The position numbers and the translations under genes were made by a program. Positions 62,546 through 64,000 of a DNA stretch of 64,000 bases are shown piece after piece (the stretch's first letter is position 1; every line of letters begins with the position of its first letter). The DNA lies in the NCBI GenBank assembly GCA_963816145.1, contig CAWFJP010000004.1:224001-288000 (forward strand), in the 5' to 3' direction. The DNA is from an uncultured delta proteobacterium (GTDB taxonomy: Bacteria > Desulfobacterota > Binatia > UBA9968). Below the pieces are notes generated by a model. The model searched no databases and was not told the origin of the DNA. It was given only the letters and a program-made list of their open reading frames with translations.

Positions 62546-63076
62546 ATGGCGAAACAGTGGTACATCGTTCACACCTTTTCTGGCTTTGAACAAAAGACCA
62601 AGGCTGCCCTAGAGGAGCGCGTTAAACAGCTAGGCAAGCAGGATCTCTTCGGCGAAATCCTTGTGCCCATGGAAAAGGTCGTCGAGTTGGTCAAAGGGAA
62701 GAAGAAGACTTCGTCGCGAAAATTTTTTCCCGGCTATATTCTCGTGCAGATGGAGCTTAACGACGAGACTTGGCATGTGGTTAAAGAGACCCCGAAGGTG
62801 ACCGGTTTCGTCGGTGGAAGCACCAACCCGCCTTCGGTTAGCGATGAAGAGGTGAGAGCGATCACGCAGCAAATGGAAGAGGGGGCGATCAAGCCCAAAC
62901 CGCGCGTGTCGTTCTCCGTCGGTGAAAACGTCAAGGTGGTCGATGGTCCGTTCGCAGACTTCAACGGCGTGGTCGAAGAGGTCAAGCCGGACAAGGGCAA
63001 GCTAAGAGTGCTTATTAGCATATTTGGGCGCGCGACACCGGTTGAGCTGGAGTTTGTCCAGGTCGAACGCAATTAG
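62546..63076 (+). CDS. nusG: Transcription factor NusG
   Basis: WYIVHTFSGFE; FFPGYILV; KOW domain; IFGRATPVEL. Confidence 0.97.
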   Translation: MAKQWYIVHTFSGFEQKTKAALEERVKQLGKQDLFGEILVPMEKVVELVKGKKKTSSRKFFPGYILVQMELNDETWHVVKETPKVTGFVGGSTNPPSVSDEEVRAITQQMEEGAIKPKPRVSFSVGENVKVVDGPFADFNGVVEEVKPDKGKLRVLISIFGRATPVELEFVQVERN

Positions 63077-63099
63077 TTTGATTAGAAGGGTCGAAAGCA

Positions 63100-63525
63100 A
63101 TGGCTAAGAAAGTCATCGGTGAAATCAAATTACAAATCCCTGCCGGGCAGGCGAACCCCAGTCCGCCAGTGGGCCCAGCACTCGGCCAGCGTGGCGTCAA
63201 TATCATGGAGTTCTGCAAGGCCTTTAATGCCGCAACCCAGGCGCAGGTCGGCATGGTTACGCCAGTAATCATCACCGTCTATGCCGACCGTTCATTTACA
63301 TTTGTCACCAAGACACCGCCAGCGTCGATCTTGCTCAAGAAGGCCGCTGGTCTGGAAAGGGGCTCCAAGGAACCGGGCAAGACCAAGGTCGGCAAAGTGA
63401 CCAGGGCTCAGGTGAGAGAGATCGCGGAGTTAAAGCTCAAGGATTTAACGGCCAGCGACCTGGCCGCGGCGGAAAAGTCTGTCGCGGGAACTGCCCGGAG
63501 TATCGGCTTGGACGTCGAAGGTTAG
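63100..63525 (+). CDS. rplK: 50S ribosomal protein L11
   Basis: [13 protein letters not shown]; KTPPAS. Confidence 0.98.
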   Translation: MAKKVIGEIKLQIPAGQANPSPPVGPALGQRGVNIMEFCKAFNAATQAQVGMVTPVIITVYADRSFTFVTKTPPASILLKKAAGLERGSKEPGKTKVGKVTRAQVREIAELKLKDLTASDLAAAEKSVAGTARSIGLDVEG

Positions 63526-63566
63526 TCTGGCAAACGTAAATTGTCTCAGCTAAATCGAGGATCGCC

Positions 63567-64000
63567 ATGAGTGGAATGGGAAAAAGCTATCGCAAAGTTT
63601 TTGAGAAGGTAGATCGCACCCAGCGCTACCAATTAGAAGATAGTTTGAAGTTGGTCAAGGAAACCGCGCGGGCAAAATTCGATGAAACCGTCGATTTGGC
63701 GATTCGCTTGGGGGTCGATCCACGCCAGGCCGATCAAAATATTCGCGGTACGGTGGCGTTGCCGCACGGCATGGGCAAAACGGTTCGTGTATTGGCATTC
63801 GCCAAGGGCGAAAAGGAGCGCGAAGCGCAAGACGCTGGCGCCGATTTTGTTGGCAGCGACGAATTGATCAAGAAAATCAGCGAAGGCTGGCTTGATTTCG
63901 ACAAGGCGGTTGCCACGCCGGATATGATGGCTGCGGTCGGTCGTATTGGTAAAATCCTCGGTCCGCGCGGTCTGATGCCCAACCCTAAAACTGGAACGGT
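63567..64000 (+). CDS. rplA: 50S ribosomal protein L1 (truncated by window end)
   Basis: [18 protein letters not shown]; LPHGMGK; [14 protein letters not shown]. Confidence 0.97.
   Translation, partial: MSGMGKSYRKVFEKVDRTQRYQLEDSLKLVKETARAKFDETVDLAIRLGVDPRQADQNIRGTVALPHGMGKTVRVLAFAKGEKEREAQDAGADFVGSDELIKKISEGWLDFDKAVATPDMMAAVGRIGKILGPRGLMPNPKTGT

Overview
GC-rich bacterial chromosome segment, probably from a deltaproteobacterium-like lineage such as Binatia (inferred from gene content only). (1) 1-9659: a minus-strand iron/metal-uptake locus (PhnD-like ABC system, cytochrome c-FTR1 permease, cupredoxin, haem-binding protein, outer-membrane protein, ExbB-ExbD-TonB) divergent from a DtxR-family repressor. 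It contains two small Com-like Cys4 zinc-ribbon genes, one absent from the ORF track, and three copies of a conserved 33-nt hexamer-repeat element whose last repeat forms the 5' foot of an intrinsic terminator. This is a candidate metal-responsive RNA antitermination system and is the most interesting signal in the window. (2) 13.2-35.2 kb: a sigma54-driven nitrogen island (glnK-amtB-glnA-GATase-ANTAR pseudo-receiver, two ANTAR RNA elements, nirA-Rieske fusion, nrtABCD, narB, cobA, porin). (3) 35-42 kb: ArnT-like glycosyltransferase, TctC-like binding proteins, a UGA-recoded PrdB/GrdB-like selenoprotein with a SECIS-like hairpin, and a frameshifted esterase. (4) 42-64 kb: housekeeping genes (yggS-yggT, rph-rdgB, 12 tRNAs, tig-clpP-clpX-lon, rplM-rpsI, lptFG, rlmB, tuf-rpmG-secE-nusG-rplK-rplA). 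All calls come from reading the sequence by eye; no database search was run.
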